A stretch of 64,000 nucleotides of DNA from a virus (lineage: Duplodnaviria; Heunggongvirae; Uroviricota; Caudoviricetes), in the IMG/VR virus record IMGVR_UViG_2579779105_000001; one strand, given 5' to 3'. The notes under the pieces are model-generated. The model did no database searches. It was not told where the DNA came from and was given only the letters and a program-made list of their open reading frames with translations. The position numbers and the translations under genes were made by a program. Positions 47,765 to 56,600 of the stretch are shown here, one piece after another (positions within the stretch are counted from its first letter, which is position 1; each line of letters begins with the position of its first letter).

Positions 47765-47981
47765 GCAAACAAAATGAAGTTTTATGTTATAAAAACAATT
47801 AACTACATAAACATGATTTAGGCCAAATTTCGGTTAAAAAATAAAATCCACCAAAAGTGGTTGACACTATTTTGGAAATCACAAACTGCACATAATCCAT
47901 CGCGCTAACGGCTCCCGTTGAAGGTTCTTTTGACGATTAACTTTCAGCCGAAGCGCGGTAGGGAGTCATAACGCCAAAGCA

Positions 47982-48005
47982 GGCCGCCATGTGCGGCCTT
48001 TTTTT
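47982..48005 (+). terminator. hairpin GGCCGC-CATGT-GCGGCC + TTTTTTT (leader terminator/attenuator)
   Basis: Lies 28 nt upstream of the likely start (48033) of the next gene. Confidence 0.45.
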
Positions 48006-48032
48006 GTATCCGTCATCCGTGGAGGAAGGACA

Positions 48033-48686
48033 ATGGAAAAGATCGCAATATTCAGCCTGACCACCAGCAAGCCTCAAATGCTCACTGCAATACTGAAAGA
48101 CGGTGCTCTCATTATTAACGAAGTAAAACCCCTTCCCGCGTCAGCATTGGAGCAAAAGCAAAAAATTCCTCCAGCTATAGCAGCCCTGCGGAAAAGCAAA
48201 TTTAAGGTACTGGTAGACGAAATTACGCCAACGATCTCCGCTGGCACCGGAGCAAGCCAGGTGACTCTCAAGACCCGTCATGCCGATGGCAGAGCAGCAA
48301 TCATCGTCGGGATGGAAAGATACAGAGAGTTAAAACTCCAGAAGCTATTATCCCTGCCGCAAAATAACAAAGGTGCTTTCGAAATCCCTGACTCCATCGT
48401 TGACACCGAATACAACGGTAACGGAGAAGAAGTCTACCGGGTGAACTGGCAGGATATCAGGCCGGAGCATATTTTGATGATCCTGTGTTGCTACGCGACC
48501 GTATACCACAATGTAGCCAGTGCGGATTACGTAGAGCAGATGACCGGTACAGTCGAGAAAGAGCAAAAAACAGGCATACTCGCTTCGTTCCTGTCCATTA
48601 TTGGGCATGAAAAAGTTAAAGCAGGCACCTCCCAGCCAAAGGCACTGACTGGGAAAGAAGTTGATGAAGATACCGTGATACTTTGA
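48033..48686 (+). CDS. hypothetical protein
   Basis: Start placed at ATG 48033 (GGAGGAAGGACA SD); the track start at 47991 lies inside the hairpin. Confidence 0.45.
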   Translation: MEKIAIFSLTTSKPQMLTAILKDGALIINEVKPLPASALEQKQKIPPAIAALRKSKFKVLVDEITPTISAGTGASQVTLKTRHADGRAAIIVGMERYRELKLQKLLSLPQNNKGAFEIPDSIVDTEYNGNGEEVYRVNWQDIRPEHILMILCCYATVYHNVASADYVEQMTGTVEKEQKTGILASFLSIIGHEKVKAGTSQPKALTGKEVDEDTVIL

Positions 48687-49014
48687 TCACATTAGTAGCT
48701 TTGTTAACTCCCTCAATACCAGGTAGAAGAGTAACAAAAATATTGACGCCAGTATTTGCGTGGTCAATGAAGCGTTCATAAACAGATCAATTAGCATTAA
48801 TAATTCGAAGATAACATCCATGTCATTCACTCCGTTTAATTTTTAATCTAATGCCAGCAAATGAAGCTGGCCCCCGCATAAAGATTAATGAAAGTCACTT
48901 GTCACCAGTGAGGGGATTTATGAACCACATCCCCCTGAACTGGTGTCCTGTCTGTTTCTCGCATTTCACACCCTGCATACAGTTTCCCCCAGGTTATGAC
49001 TGAGAGGCTTTGTT

Positions 49015-49344
49015 ATGGGCTATAGCAGACTCGACGATAGGTACATTGAAGACGATATTTTTCGTGCGCTGTTTCACCAGGAAATGATTAAGCGGGTATC
49101 GGAGTATCACTCTGATAATTTCCAGTACACGATAAAGATTGATGAAGTATATCGTTCAGACCTTGCAGCCTACAGGGCGTATGGCAATGCAGATTTGCGC
49201 TGGGTATTCCGGGTGCTGGTGGGCCATGAGTCAGAAATGGAAGAAATGCCCGCCGGGACCACGTTAACTCTTCCTGATGTGGCATGGCTGAGGAACAAGA
49301 TCCGTGATTACGCGAGCGCGGAACCGGAGATAGAAAATGCCTGA
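49015..49344 (+). CDS. hypothetical protein
   Basis: 109 aa; overlaps the next gene by 8 nt. Confidence 0.4.
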   Translation: MGYSRLDDRYIEDDIFRALFHQEMIKRVSEYHSDNFQYTIKIDEVYRSDLAAYRAYGNADLRWVFRVLVGHESEMEEMPAGTTLTLPDVAWLRNKIRDYASAEPEIENA

Positions 49345-50530
49345 TTTCCTGAAAAAACAGGACGGGCGCTATATCACTGACGGCCTGTCCTCTAAGGACT
49401 TCACGCGTTTATTCGAGATTATCAGGAAAGAACAAACCCGTAAGCGCCGACAAGCTCACCGGACGCTGACGCCAGGTAGACTGAGGAACAAATCCGCCGA
49501 AGATATTCTCAAGTTAGGGAAGAAAAAAGGCGGCACGTTCTTCACGCGAGACGACCTGAAAGGTTTCGAAAAGCTACGGAGTAAAACGCGCGAAAAATAT
49601 GACAGCAAGACGGCTGGCATCACATACGCCCAGCTGGTGGCATCCAGCCAGGCAATCGATATTAAGCGTGCAAATAACGCCGTGGATGACGGATCTGGTA
49701 TCAAAAGAGCTACCCCCGTATCTCTTCGCCACAATGTGATTAATATCCGCGTAGAAGCATCGGATATATCCGTCCACCAGCACCATATCGTCCGGATACG
49801 CTTTGAAGAATGGGATCAGATGGTTGATGACATCGCAGAAGACGATAAATCAGCTCTCAAAATCACTAAATCACTGTGCGCCGGGCGAGTGTCTTTCGAT
49901 TGTGACTGTGGTCGTCATCAATACTGGTATCGTTACATCGCCACTGCGGGTAACTTTGCCCTGGCACCGCCAAAAGAATACGCCTATCCAAAAGTTCGCA
50001 ACCCGAACCTGCAAGGCGTCGCCTGTAAACACGTGATCCACTCAATGACGCGGTTACAGTCCGCCAGTTGGCAAATGAGTATTGCTCGTGCGCTACAAAA
50101 GGCTGCAACGCAAATTGCATTTGGTGACGATCGCCGCCGTACAACCAAACACTTCTCAAAAGAAGACGAGAAGGAGTTTAATCGCAATCGTAGCAGTAAA
50201 ACGAACGTTGAAGCCGCCAAACGCGAATGGAGACTCTATCAGAAGCGCCAGGCAGCTTTAAGTTCAAAACTGGCAAAGGACAACGGCAAGATCGACAAGC
50301 TACGTGACCAATTGACCAGGGCCAGAAAGTTGTCAGACGCACAGAAAAAACGGGCGGCTGCAAAAGAAGCGGCCTTGCAACGAGAGAAGCAGAAAAACAA
50401 GGAGCTTCAGCAACGCCTTGCCGATCAGTTCGCACTGAAGAAGCAGGCGTTCATTGATGCGCTTGTCATGGCAGGAACGTCACCTGAGCAAGCTGAAAAA
50501 ATGTTTATAGAGTACGTGAAAAAAGCATAA
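49337..50530 (+). CDS. SWIM zinc-finger protein with basic coiled-coil C-terminus
   Basis: CDCGRHQYWY ... CKH fits the SWIM CxCxnCxH pattern; Lys/Arg/Gln-rich C-terminal 130 aa. Confidence 0.45.
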   Translation: MPDFLKKQDGRYITDGLSSKDFTRLFEIIRKEQTRKRRQAHRTLTPGRLRNKSAEDILKLGKKKGGTFFTRDDLKGFEKLRSKTREKYDSKTAGITYAQLVASSQAIDIKRANNAVDDGSGIKRATPVSLRHNVINIRVEASDISVHQHHIVRIRFEEWDQMVDDIAEDDKSALKITKSLCAGRVSFDCDCGRHQYWYRYIATAGNFALAPPKEYAYPKVRNPNLQGVACKHVIHSMTRLQSASWQMSIARALQKAATQIAFGDDRRRTTKHFSKEDEKEFNRNRSSKTNVEAAKREWRLYQKRQAALSSKLAKDNGKIDKLRDQLTRARKLSDAQKKRAAAKEAALQREKQKNKELQQRLADQFALKKQAFIDALVMAGTSPEQAEKMFIEYVKKA

Positions 50531-50563
50531 ACCACACATAGCCTAGTAGTTTATGCTGGGCTT

Positions 50564-51292
50564 TCATTTTTTTGAAAGATCAATTCCAGTATTATCAAAT
50601 AAACTGGAAATATCAGACACCAATTTATTAAAATGCTTGTCATCATTATAGAATGATGTGCTTTTTATAGCGACTATAAAATCACATAAATCTTGCGGAG
50701 ATTCAATGCTAACACCCTTATTTTTATATAGTTCAATAATACTGCCAACATCAGTATGCAATAGTTTTATCGCACCACAAATTTCTCGCTGTTTCGTAGC
50801 TAGGTCATTAAGTTTATTTTCATTTTCATCTAATATTTGTTTTGAATATTTAGCGTCATTGGTTGCTTGATTTAACTTTGTTTTCTTTCTTTGCAATTCT
50901 ATTCTTTTATCATAATCAGCAACTTCATCTAAATATCTTATTTCAGTGTATAATTTACTTGTTAGCTTAGATATCGTCAGTGTGAGAATAGGAGCTAATA
51001 CAGATGCAAATACTCCATAAATAAATGGGATTACAACGTGACAAACCCACGGGGGTACAATCCAATTATCAAAGAACGGTACATTACCACCAACAAAAAC
51101 AATAGATAATGTATATAGGATGTCGTCCTTTGACTTTAATATAATTAAAATATCCTTCCAGTTAAGGATTAGAAAAGAAATGACAACATATGCAAAAACC
51201 TTGTTAAATATTTTATCTTTTATTATTTCAGAAAATGATTTTAGTTCTGTTTCATTTATAGACGGATTATCTTTAACTTTTTCTGACATCAT
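50564..51292 (-). CDS. membrane protein with cytoplasmic coiled coil, in an AT-rich island
   Basis: 242 aa; AGGA SD; several hydrophobic helices; visibly lower GC than its flanks. Confidence 0.5.
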   Translation of the reverse strand: MMSEKVKDNPSINETELKSFSEIIKDKIFNKVFAYVVISFLILNWKDILIILKSKDDILYTLSIVFVGGNVPFFDNWIVPPWVCHVVIPFIYGVFASVLAPILTLTISKLTSKLYTEIRYLDEVADYDKRIELQRKKTKLNQATNDAKYSKQILDENENKLNDLATKQREICGAIKLLHTDVGSIIELYKNKGVSIESPQDLCDFIVAIKSTSFYNDDKHFNKLVSDISSLFDNTGIDLSKK

Positions 51293-51313
51293 AGCTTATC
51301 CTGATTACTTTTA

Positions 51314-51514
51314 TTATGGATAGTTAAAAGATTCAACAGGTGATGGTGGCTGAATTGGGTAATGTTTCTTCTCGTACTCCTCAATGAGAAGACTCATAAC
51401 CTCAAAGAAATCACCTTCCGGAGTATTCATTTCCGGTTCGTTATCGAACATCGGTTCGACCGCACGCAGTGCGGCCTCATAATCTTGTTCTGTACGGATA
51501 GGTTTAATGTTCAT
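51314..51514 (-). CDS. small antitoxin-like helical protein
   Basis: 66 aa; PIRTEQDYEAAL ... TPEGDFFEVMSLLIEEYEKKHYPI resembles the N-terminal helical module of some antitoxin/XRE proteins; weak SD. Confidence 0.3.
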   Translation of the reverse strand: MNIKPIRTEQDYEAALRAVEPMFDNEPEMNTPEGDFFEVMSLLIEEYEKKHYPIQPPSPVESFNYP

Positions 51515-51527
51515 TAATTACAAAGGA

Positions 51528-51553
51528 AAGCCCACTTGCTAAGTGGGCTTTTT
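51528..51553. terminator. hairpin AAAGCCCACTT-GCTA-AGTGGGCTTT
   Basis: Immediately downstream of higA; strong T-run on the + strand, weaker T-rich tract on the minus strand. Confidence 0.4.
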
Positions 51554-51570
51554 GTATGTGTTTTACTATA

Positions 51571-51909
51571 TCAGGCTGCTTTTTTATTCATGTTCCGCTG
51601 AGAAATAAATTTTTCAGCAGTATTGATACGACTTAACTCTTCCTGAACGCGCATATCATTTTCGACTTCCCACAGATCTACTGCGGTCTGAAGATTAATC
51701 CAAAAATCTACAGAAGTATCGAATGCTTTTGCCAGGCGATATGCCATATCCATCGTTAGCTTACGATTATTATTAACAAGAGCACTTACGGTGTTACGAT
51801 GAACATGAAGTATTTCTGCTAACTCGTTGATCTTCAGCTCTAACGGCTCCAGGTATTCGTACAGCAGGATATCACCTACGGTCGTCGGTTTTCTGGTTGC
51901 CTGTTTCAT
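51571..51909 (-). CDS. higA: HigA antitoxin (XRE-family HTH)
   Basis: HTH segment ELAEILHVHRNTVSALVNNNRKLTMDMAYRLAKAF; located downstream of higB. Confidence 0.8.
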   Translation of the reverse strand: MKQATRKPTTVGDILLYEYLEPLELKINELAEILHVHRNTVSALVNNNRKLTMDMAYRLAKAFDTSVDFWINLQTAVDLWEVENDMRVQEELSRINTAEKFISQRNMNKKAA

Positions 51910-51980
51910 TTTTTTGCCCTTACTAGCGTGCGTATTAAGTGGACTCTGGTCAGAACCCGGTCCGTAACCGGGTATCTGTT

Positions 51981-52283
51981 TTAGTATTTGTGAGGGTCGA
52001 GATACAAGTCCTCGGCCTTTCCGTTAACCCACTTAAAAATTAACCTATATTGCTTATTCACCCTTACTGATGAATAGCCATTTAGCTTCCCTGACAGTTC
52101 CTCATACCGATTACCTGGTGGTGATCTTAAATCCTTACAGGTAGTTGCGGCATTGATAATGTCCAACTTCCGTGACAATGTCATATGAATATCAGGAGGT
52201 ATCTTTCTATGTGGTGTTGAAAATTCAAAAAAATCATCAAGCCACGCATCCCTGAAATCCTTTATGTTAATTTTTTTGGTCAT
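51981..52283 (-). CDS. higB: HigB toxin (RelE/ParE superfamily)
   Basis: 100 aa; C-terminal YRLIFKWVNGKAEDLYLDPHKY signature of HigB killer proteins. Confidence 0.8.
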   Translation of the reverse strand: MTKKINIKDFRDAWLDDFFEFSTPHRKIPPDIHMTLSRKLDIINAATTCKDLRSPPGNRYEELSGKLNGYSSVRVNKQYRLIFKWVNGKAEDLYLDPHKY

Positions 52284-52433
52284 TAGTCATTTGATCCTCC
52301 GTGATGATTACCGAATGCCATAACTATAGCGCACCGTTGCACTGTGCGCAAGTGCATTTTATGAATTCCCCCTCCTTCATCCAAAATCACAATCTCCCGA
52401 AAATCTTCCTTTCGATACCTGACAGATCGACCT

Positions 52434-53237
52434 TTGAGGATGCTTATGGGCCGTTTTGACGAATGGTTTGCTGACGATGCAAACCTGGCAAGTAAGGAGT
52501 CAGAACATGACAGCACGCAGAGAGAAACGCCAGCGCCGATTGAAGCGAATGCAGGAGGCGCGCCGGAACATGGCAATACCGGTTCGGATTCATTCAGCAT
52601 TCTGGAAGAGCAACCCGCCGCCAAAGCTGATAGCCATGATAATTTTGCTGATAGCAACGGTGGCCTTACTCCGGATGCTGGCGAATCAGATATAGCCATA
52701 CTTCCACCTTCCCTGGCTGGCAGAGAACCAACTCCACAGCTAAAAGCACGCTATAACGGGCATAAAGCCTTTAACGACCAAATCCGCGCAGACTGGATGC
52801 TGATTATTGAATCCAGCCCAGACGCGTTTCAGGCTCTCTTATATCGACCAGATGTTGGCACATATGGGGTAGTCAGCGACGAAACAGGAGAAGAGTCATT
52901 CACTGAACTGGATAACAACCAACGCGAACTGACTTACCAGGAACCTGAAATCGTTTATGTGCTGGATAACCCTGACGGACGTGACTCTTTCCATGCGATT
53001 GACGCAGACGGTGAGCAGGATGGCTTAACCGATGATGTTCTGATTCTGCGTATTGCAGCAAATAACGTCCCCGTCGGCTCAATTCTTGAATGGAATGAAG
53101 AGATGGTAAACGGCGTAGCCCGCCGCTGGTGGTACGTGCACCGTATTTTTAGCTACGGCACACAGCATGTTGGTTCGCTTTACTACTGCATACCTGCCAG
53201 GAATTTTGATACGACTCAAAACGGAGTGATCGAATGA
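52434..53237 (+). CDS. hypothetical acidic protein
   Basis: 267 aa; first gene of the operon ending with hrdC-dmt. Confidence 0.4.
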   Translation: MRMLMGRFDEWFADDANLASKESEHDSTQRETPAPIEANAGGAPEHGNTGSDSFSILEEQPAAKADSHDNFADSNGGLTPDAGESDIAILPPSLAGREPTPQLKARYNGHKAFNDQIRADWMLIIESSPDAFQALLYRPDVGTYGVVSDETGEESFTELDNNQRELTYQEPEIVYVLDNPDGRDSFHAIDADGEQDGLTDDVLILRIAANNVPVGSILEWNEEMVNGVARRWWYVHRIFSYGTQHVGSLYYCIPARNFDTTQNGVIE

Positions 53238-54001
53238 CTTCAAATAAAACCCTCCTGGCGCGAACAGGTGAATGGCAAACCTCACGCACAGGAAAATTCC
53301 AGACCACGGGCTTTGAAAACGTGGATAACGCGTTTGCGACGCTAATCAGCAACATTTTTTCTGATATCTTACTGGTGGCCCCCGCGCCGGAAGAAAAACG
53401 CTTTGCGTCATTCCTGAATCGTCCACCAGCAGAGCGTGTCTATGTGGCCCGTTTCGACAATGCGATCGAGTTTCTTAAAGCAGTTCGTCGCGCAAATGCC
53501 GGGCAAGGGAGAAAACCTGAAAACCAGAACATTAACCGGGATGCTCTCCCCCTGGTCAATATCTCACGCACTATGGATATCAATTATATCAACGATGATC
53601 AGCAGATTGACCGCAAAAAAGTAGCCAGTTTTTGCGAACCAGATACCGGAATGCCTTTAGCAGAACTGGAATACACCCAGGCCATTCTGACGTATGACGT
53701 TACGTTAATGGCAACTGATAAAGCGACCATGAGTCTGATGTGTAATTCGCTGGGCGCACGGCTTCGCCTGATGACAGGTACACAATTTGAAGCAACCACT
53801 CACCTTGTTCGTGTCCCGGTCCCGCTGATTTGCTCGATACAGGATGCCAAAGAAGTCGGCTTTACGGATGTTTCAGCACCAATTGGAGAAGAGCGTATTT
53901 ATGCCACACAAGCGCCGATAAGTGTGATTGCAGACGTGATCACAGCATGGGAGTTGGACGCAAAACGTATTATTACCGAAACCTCGATATCTATGGGGTG
54001 A
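53234..54001 (+). CDS. hypothetical protein
   Basis: 255 aa, coupled. Confidence 0.4.
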   Translation: MTSNKTLLARTGEWQTSRTGKFQTTGFENVDNAFATLISNIFSDILLVAPAPEEKRFASFLNRPPAERVYVARFDNAIEFLKAVRRANAGQGRKPENQNINRDALPLVNISRTMDINYINDDQQIDRKKVASFCEPDTGMPLAELEYTQAILTYDVTLMATDKATMSLMCNSLGARLRLMTGTQFEATTHLVRVPVPLICSIQDAKEVGFTDVSAPIGEERIYATQAPISVIADVITAWELDAKRIITETSISMG

Positions 54002-54004
54002 TAA

Positions 54005-54985
54005 GTGGCCCAGGAGTTACAACAATATTTTCTACAGTCAGTGCTCATTAACGATAACAAAGTGCCACGAGACTGGATTTTTACCGCAGTATATGTAGAA
54101 AAAACCAGCCTCAAAGCCCCTTTGCTAAAACTGGAAATTCATGACGCTACCGGCACCGTAATTGATGACTGGAAAGCCAAATACGGTGCATCGCTGGTGG
54201 CTGAAATGGGCGATCCAAACGGTAATGCAGGCACTTTTAAAACAGATTTCTTTGTTACGTCTGCAATGCTGGCTGGTGATGTTGTTACCGTTATTGCTGT
54301 CAGTGAAGACGTGCGCAGGTTTAAGATCCCCTCCCCGCGCACAAATTTACATACCAACAAAACACCAGACGCTATATTCAAGGCATATTCCGGCAAACTT
54401 AAAATTACCAGCAGCGTGCTAAAACGCGCAGTTACATATCATCTGAATGCTGGTGACAAACCGTCAAAAATGCTTTCGGAGATAGCGCGAGACAAAGGTG
54501 CATTGTGTTGGGTATGTCGGGGGGAATTTAACTTTTACACCCTGGCTGATCTGATGAAGCAAACGCCATCATTTACCTACGAGGGGAATAACCCTAAAGC
54601 AGAATACACTTTGTCCAAAATGCGCCTACTCCAACAGGAACATGCGACAACAGCAAAGAATCAATATCGTTTTGTTGGGTATTCCATGACCGATGGCTAC
54701 GTCGAATATGGCGATAGCTCACTCCCAGTGCGTTATATATCCGACTCTGATATGGAAACTCTTCGCAATATGCAGCTGTCTCTCGTCCCCAAAATGGATA
54801 TAGAAGTCGCAGGCAATCCTGATATAAAACCGGGGATGGTAATAGAGATTATCGTATACCGCTATGACCAGGAAAACCGCATTGATGAATCAATGCCCCG
54901 TAAGCTGATAGTAAAAAATGTTGCGCACTTTGAGGACCGCGTAGGCTACACAACACGAATGATATTGGGAGTGCCTAACAAATGA
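54005..54985 (+). CDS. hypothetical protein
   Basis: 326 aa. Confidence 0.4.
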   Translation: MAQELQQYFLQSVLINDNKVPRDWIFTAVYVEKTSLKAPLLKLEIHDATGTVIDDWKAKYGASLVAEMGDPNGNAGTFKTDFFVTSAMLAGDVVTVIAVSEDVRRFKIPSPRTNLHTNKTPDAIFKAYSGKLKITSSVLKRAVTYHLNAGDKPSKMLSEIARDKGALCWVCRGEFNFYTLADLMKQTPSFTYEGNNPKAEYTLSKMRLLQQEHATTAKNQYRFVGYSMTDGYVEYGDSSLPVRYISDSDMETLRNMQLSLVPKMDIEVAGNPDIKPGMVIEIIVYRYDQENRIDESMPRKLIVKNVAHFEDRVGYTTRMILGVPNK

Positions 54986-55635
54986 AGCGTAGAGCGCAAA
55001 TTGTTGGAACTGTGCACCCGGCAGGGCTTATGCGTGCTCAAGTCCGTGTTTTACCTGACTGGAATGGCGTTCCTGATGACGATCTACCCTGGGCGGAATA
55101 CCAGTTACCCATCGGGAACGCTTTTGTACCTACAGTCAAAGGTGACCTGGTCTGGGTAGAGTTTCCTTATTTAGATGTTAACGGTCGAATAGACACCAGA
55201 CGCCCAATGATAGTTGGTGCCGCTCAGGATGCGCCAGGCGGAGTTCCAAACGTCGCGCCGGAGGCGTCAGGCAATGGTAGCGGCTGGACGCCGCCTGAAG
55301 TAGACGGAGCGCCTCCCCGCCCGCAATTTTCGGCGACAAAAGATTTCGTTATTCACCGCAATAATGTGCTAGAAGTGCGAACGGCTGGCGGTGGATATGA
55401 AATAGCCAATACGGCAGCAGGTTCAAGGATTGGCATGAATGAGTCCGGGCAGATATATATCATTGGTCCGGCTGATGTAATCGTGAATGCAGGAGGGAGT
55501 GTTAACGTCAAATCAGCCAACAACATCAATGTTAATGGGGAAAATATTGCTGTCACCGCTAACGGGGACATAGCTTTCAAGGCAGGGGGAACCTTTCAGG
55601 CCACTGCTGGCAACTTCGATTTCAAGAAAGGATAG
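54982..55635 (+). CDS. hypothetical protein, possible baseplate spike (gpV-like N-terminus)
   Basis: 217 aa; the N-terminal OB-fold-like pattern is only suggestive. Confidence 0.25.
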   Translation: MKRRAQIVGTVHPAGLMRAQVRVLPDWNGVPDDDLPWAEYQLPIGNAFVPTVKGDLVWVEFPYLDVNGRIDTRRPMIVGAAQDAPGGVPNVAPEASGNGSGWTPPEVDGAPPRPQFSATKDFVIHRNNVLEVRTAGGGYEIANTAAGSRIGMNESGQIYIIGPADVIVNAGGSVNVKSANNINVNGENIAVTANGDIAFKAGGTFQATAGNFDFKKG

Positions 55636-55650
55636 AAAATGCACCCATTT

Positions 55651-55682
55651 GTGTTAGATAATTAACGCGTATTTTCTAACAT
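55651..55682. promoter_or_regulatory. pair of operator-like motifs (GTGTTAGATAA ... GTATTTTCTAACATAAA)
   Basis: Inverted pair of the recurrent motif directly upstream of hrdC. Confidence 0.5.
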
Positions 55683-55694
55683 AAATGGTGAGAA

Positions 55695-56600
55695 ATGAGA
55701 TCAGTCGCTTTCAAAAATATCTTCATCTATCGTCTTTCACGCGAAGTTAACTGGGATACCGCAGAAGTAAATGCAGCCCTTAGCAAGTTTGTGTTTACCC
55801 CATGCGGTTCTCAGGATATGGCTAAAGCTGGTTGGACCCCAATTCTTGGCGACAACCTCACCCATGAATACCAGGGTTTTCTTCTGATGCAGCATAAACG
55901 AGAGGAAAAAATCCTGCCTTCTCAAGTACTCAAAGAAGAGTTACAGAAAAAAATCCTGAAACTTGAAGAAGAGCAAGACAGAAAGCTGAAGAAGACCGAA
56001 AAAGATTCGCTGAAGGATGAAGTGCTTCACTCTCTTCTTCCTCGCGCTTTCACGAGAAAATCAGTCGCTAAAATCCTGATAGACCGAAGCAATCATCTGG
56101 TTTTTGTCGAGGCCAGCAGTGCTAAAAAAGCAGAGGATCAGCTGGCTTTGTTACGGAAATCGCTTGGCAGCTTGCCCGTTGTCCCCTTCTCTCCGAAAGA
56201 CCCATTAGAACTGACCATCACTGGCTGGATTAAAGATGGCTTCCCGAACGGTTTCCGTGCTGGTGAGGAAGCGACTTTAAAAGCATTGCTTGATGATGGC
56301 GGCGCGGTCCGCTGCAAAAAAGTGGACCTGCTATCCGACGAGATCATGAGTCATATAGAAGCTGGTAAGGTTGCAACCACAGTTGCGGTTAACTGGCAAG
56401 ACCGTGCATTTTTCAGACTGAATGACGATATGAGTATCAAGGCTTTGTCGTTCAGCGACGAATTGTACGACCAAAACGACGATATTGATCGAGAGGATGT
56501 AGCGCAACGATTTGACGCTGACTTTATCCTGTTTACTGCTGAATTATCAGCCATGTTCACTTCGCTAGTGGAGGCCGTTGGTGGTGAAGCAGAACGTTAA
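55695..56600 (+). CDS. hrdC: RdgC-like recombination-associated protein (P1 HrdC-like)
   Basis: N-terminus [10 protein letters not shown] ... [14 protein letters not shown] matches RdgC as recalled. Confidence 0.75.
   Translation: MRSVAFKNIFIYRLSREVNWDTAEVNAALSKFVFTPCGSQDMAKAGWTPILGDNLTHEYQGFLLMQHKREEKILPSQVLKEELQKKILKLEEEQDRKLKKTEKDSLKDEVLHSLLPRAFTRKSVAKILIDRSNHLVFVEASSAKKAEDQLALLRKSLGSLPVVPFSPKDPLELTITGWIKDGFPNGFRAGEEATLKALLDDGGAVRCKKVDLLSDEIMSHIEAGKVATTVAVNWQDRAFFRLNDDMSIKALSFSDELYDQNDDIDREDVAQRFDADFILFTAELSAMFTSLVEAVGGEAER

Noticed and set aside
47861-47896. Sigma70 promoter TTGACA ... CATAAT
   Set aside because: Spacer is about 24 bp, too long for a canonical promoter.
52283-52699. Minus-strand ORF (138 aa) overlapping 52434..53237
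   Set aside because: Ala/Ser/Arg-rich antisense translation; the + strand ORF continues into a coupled operon and is far more protein-like.
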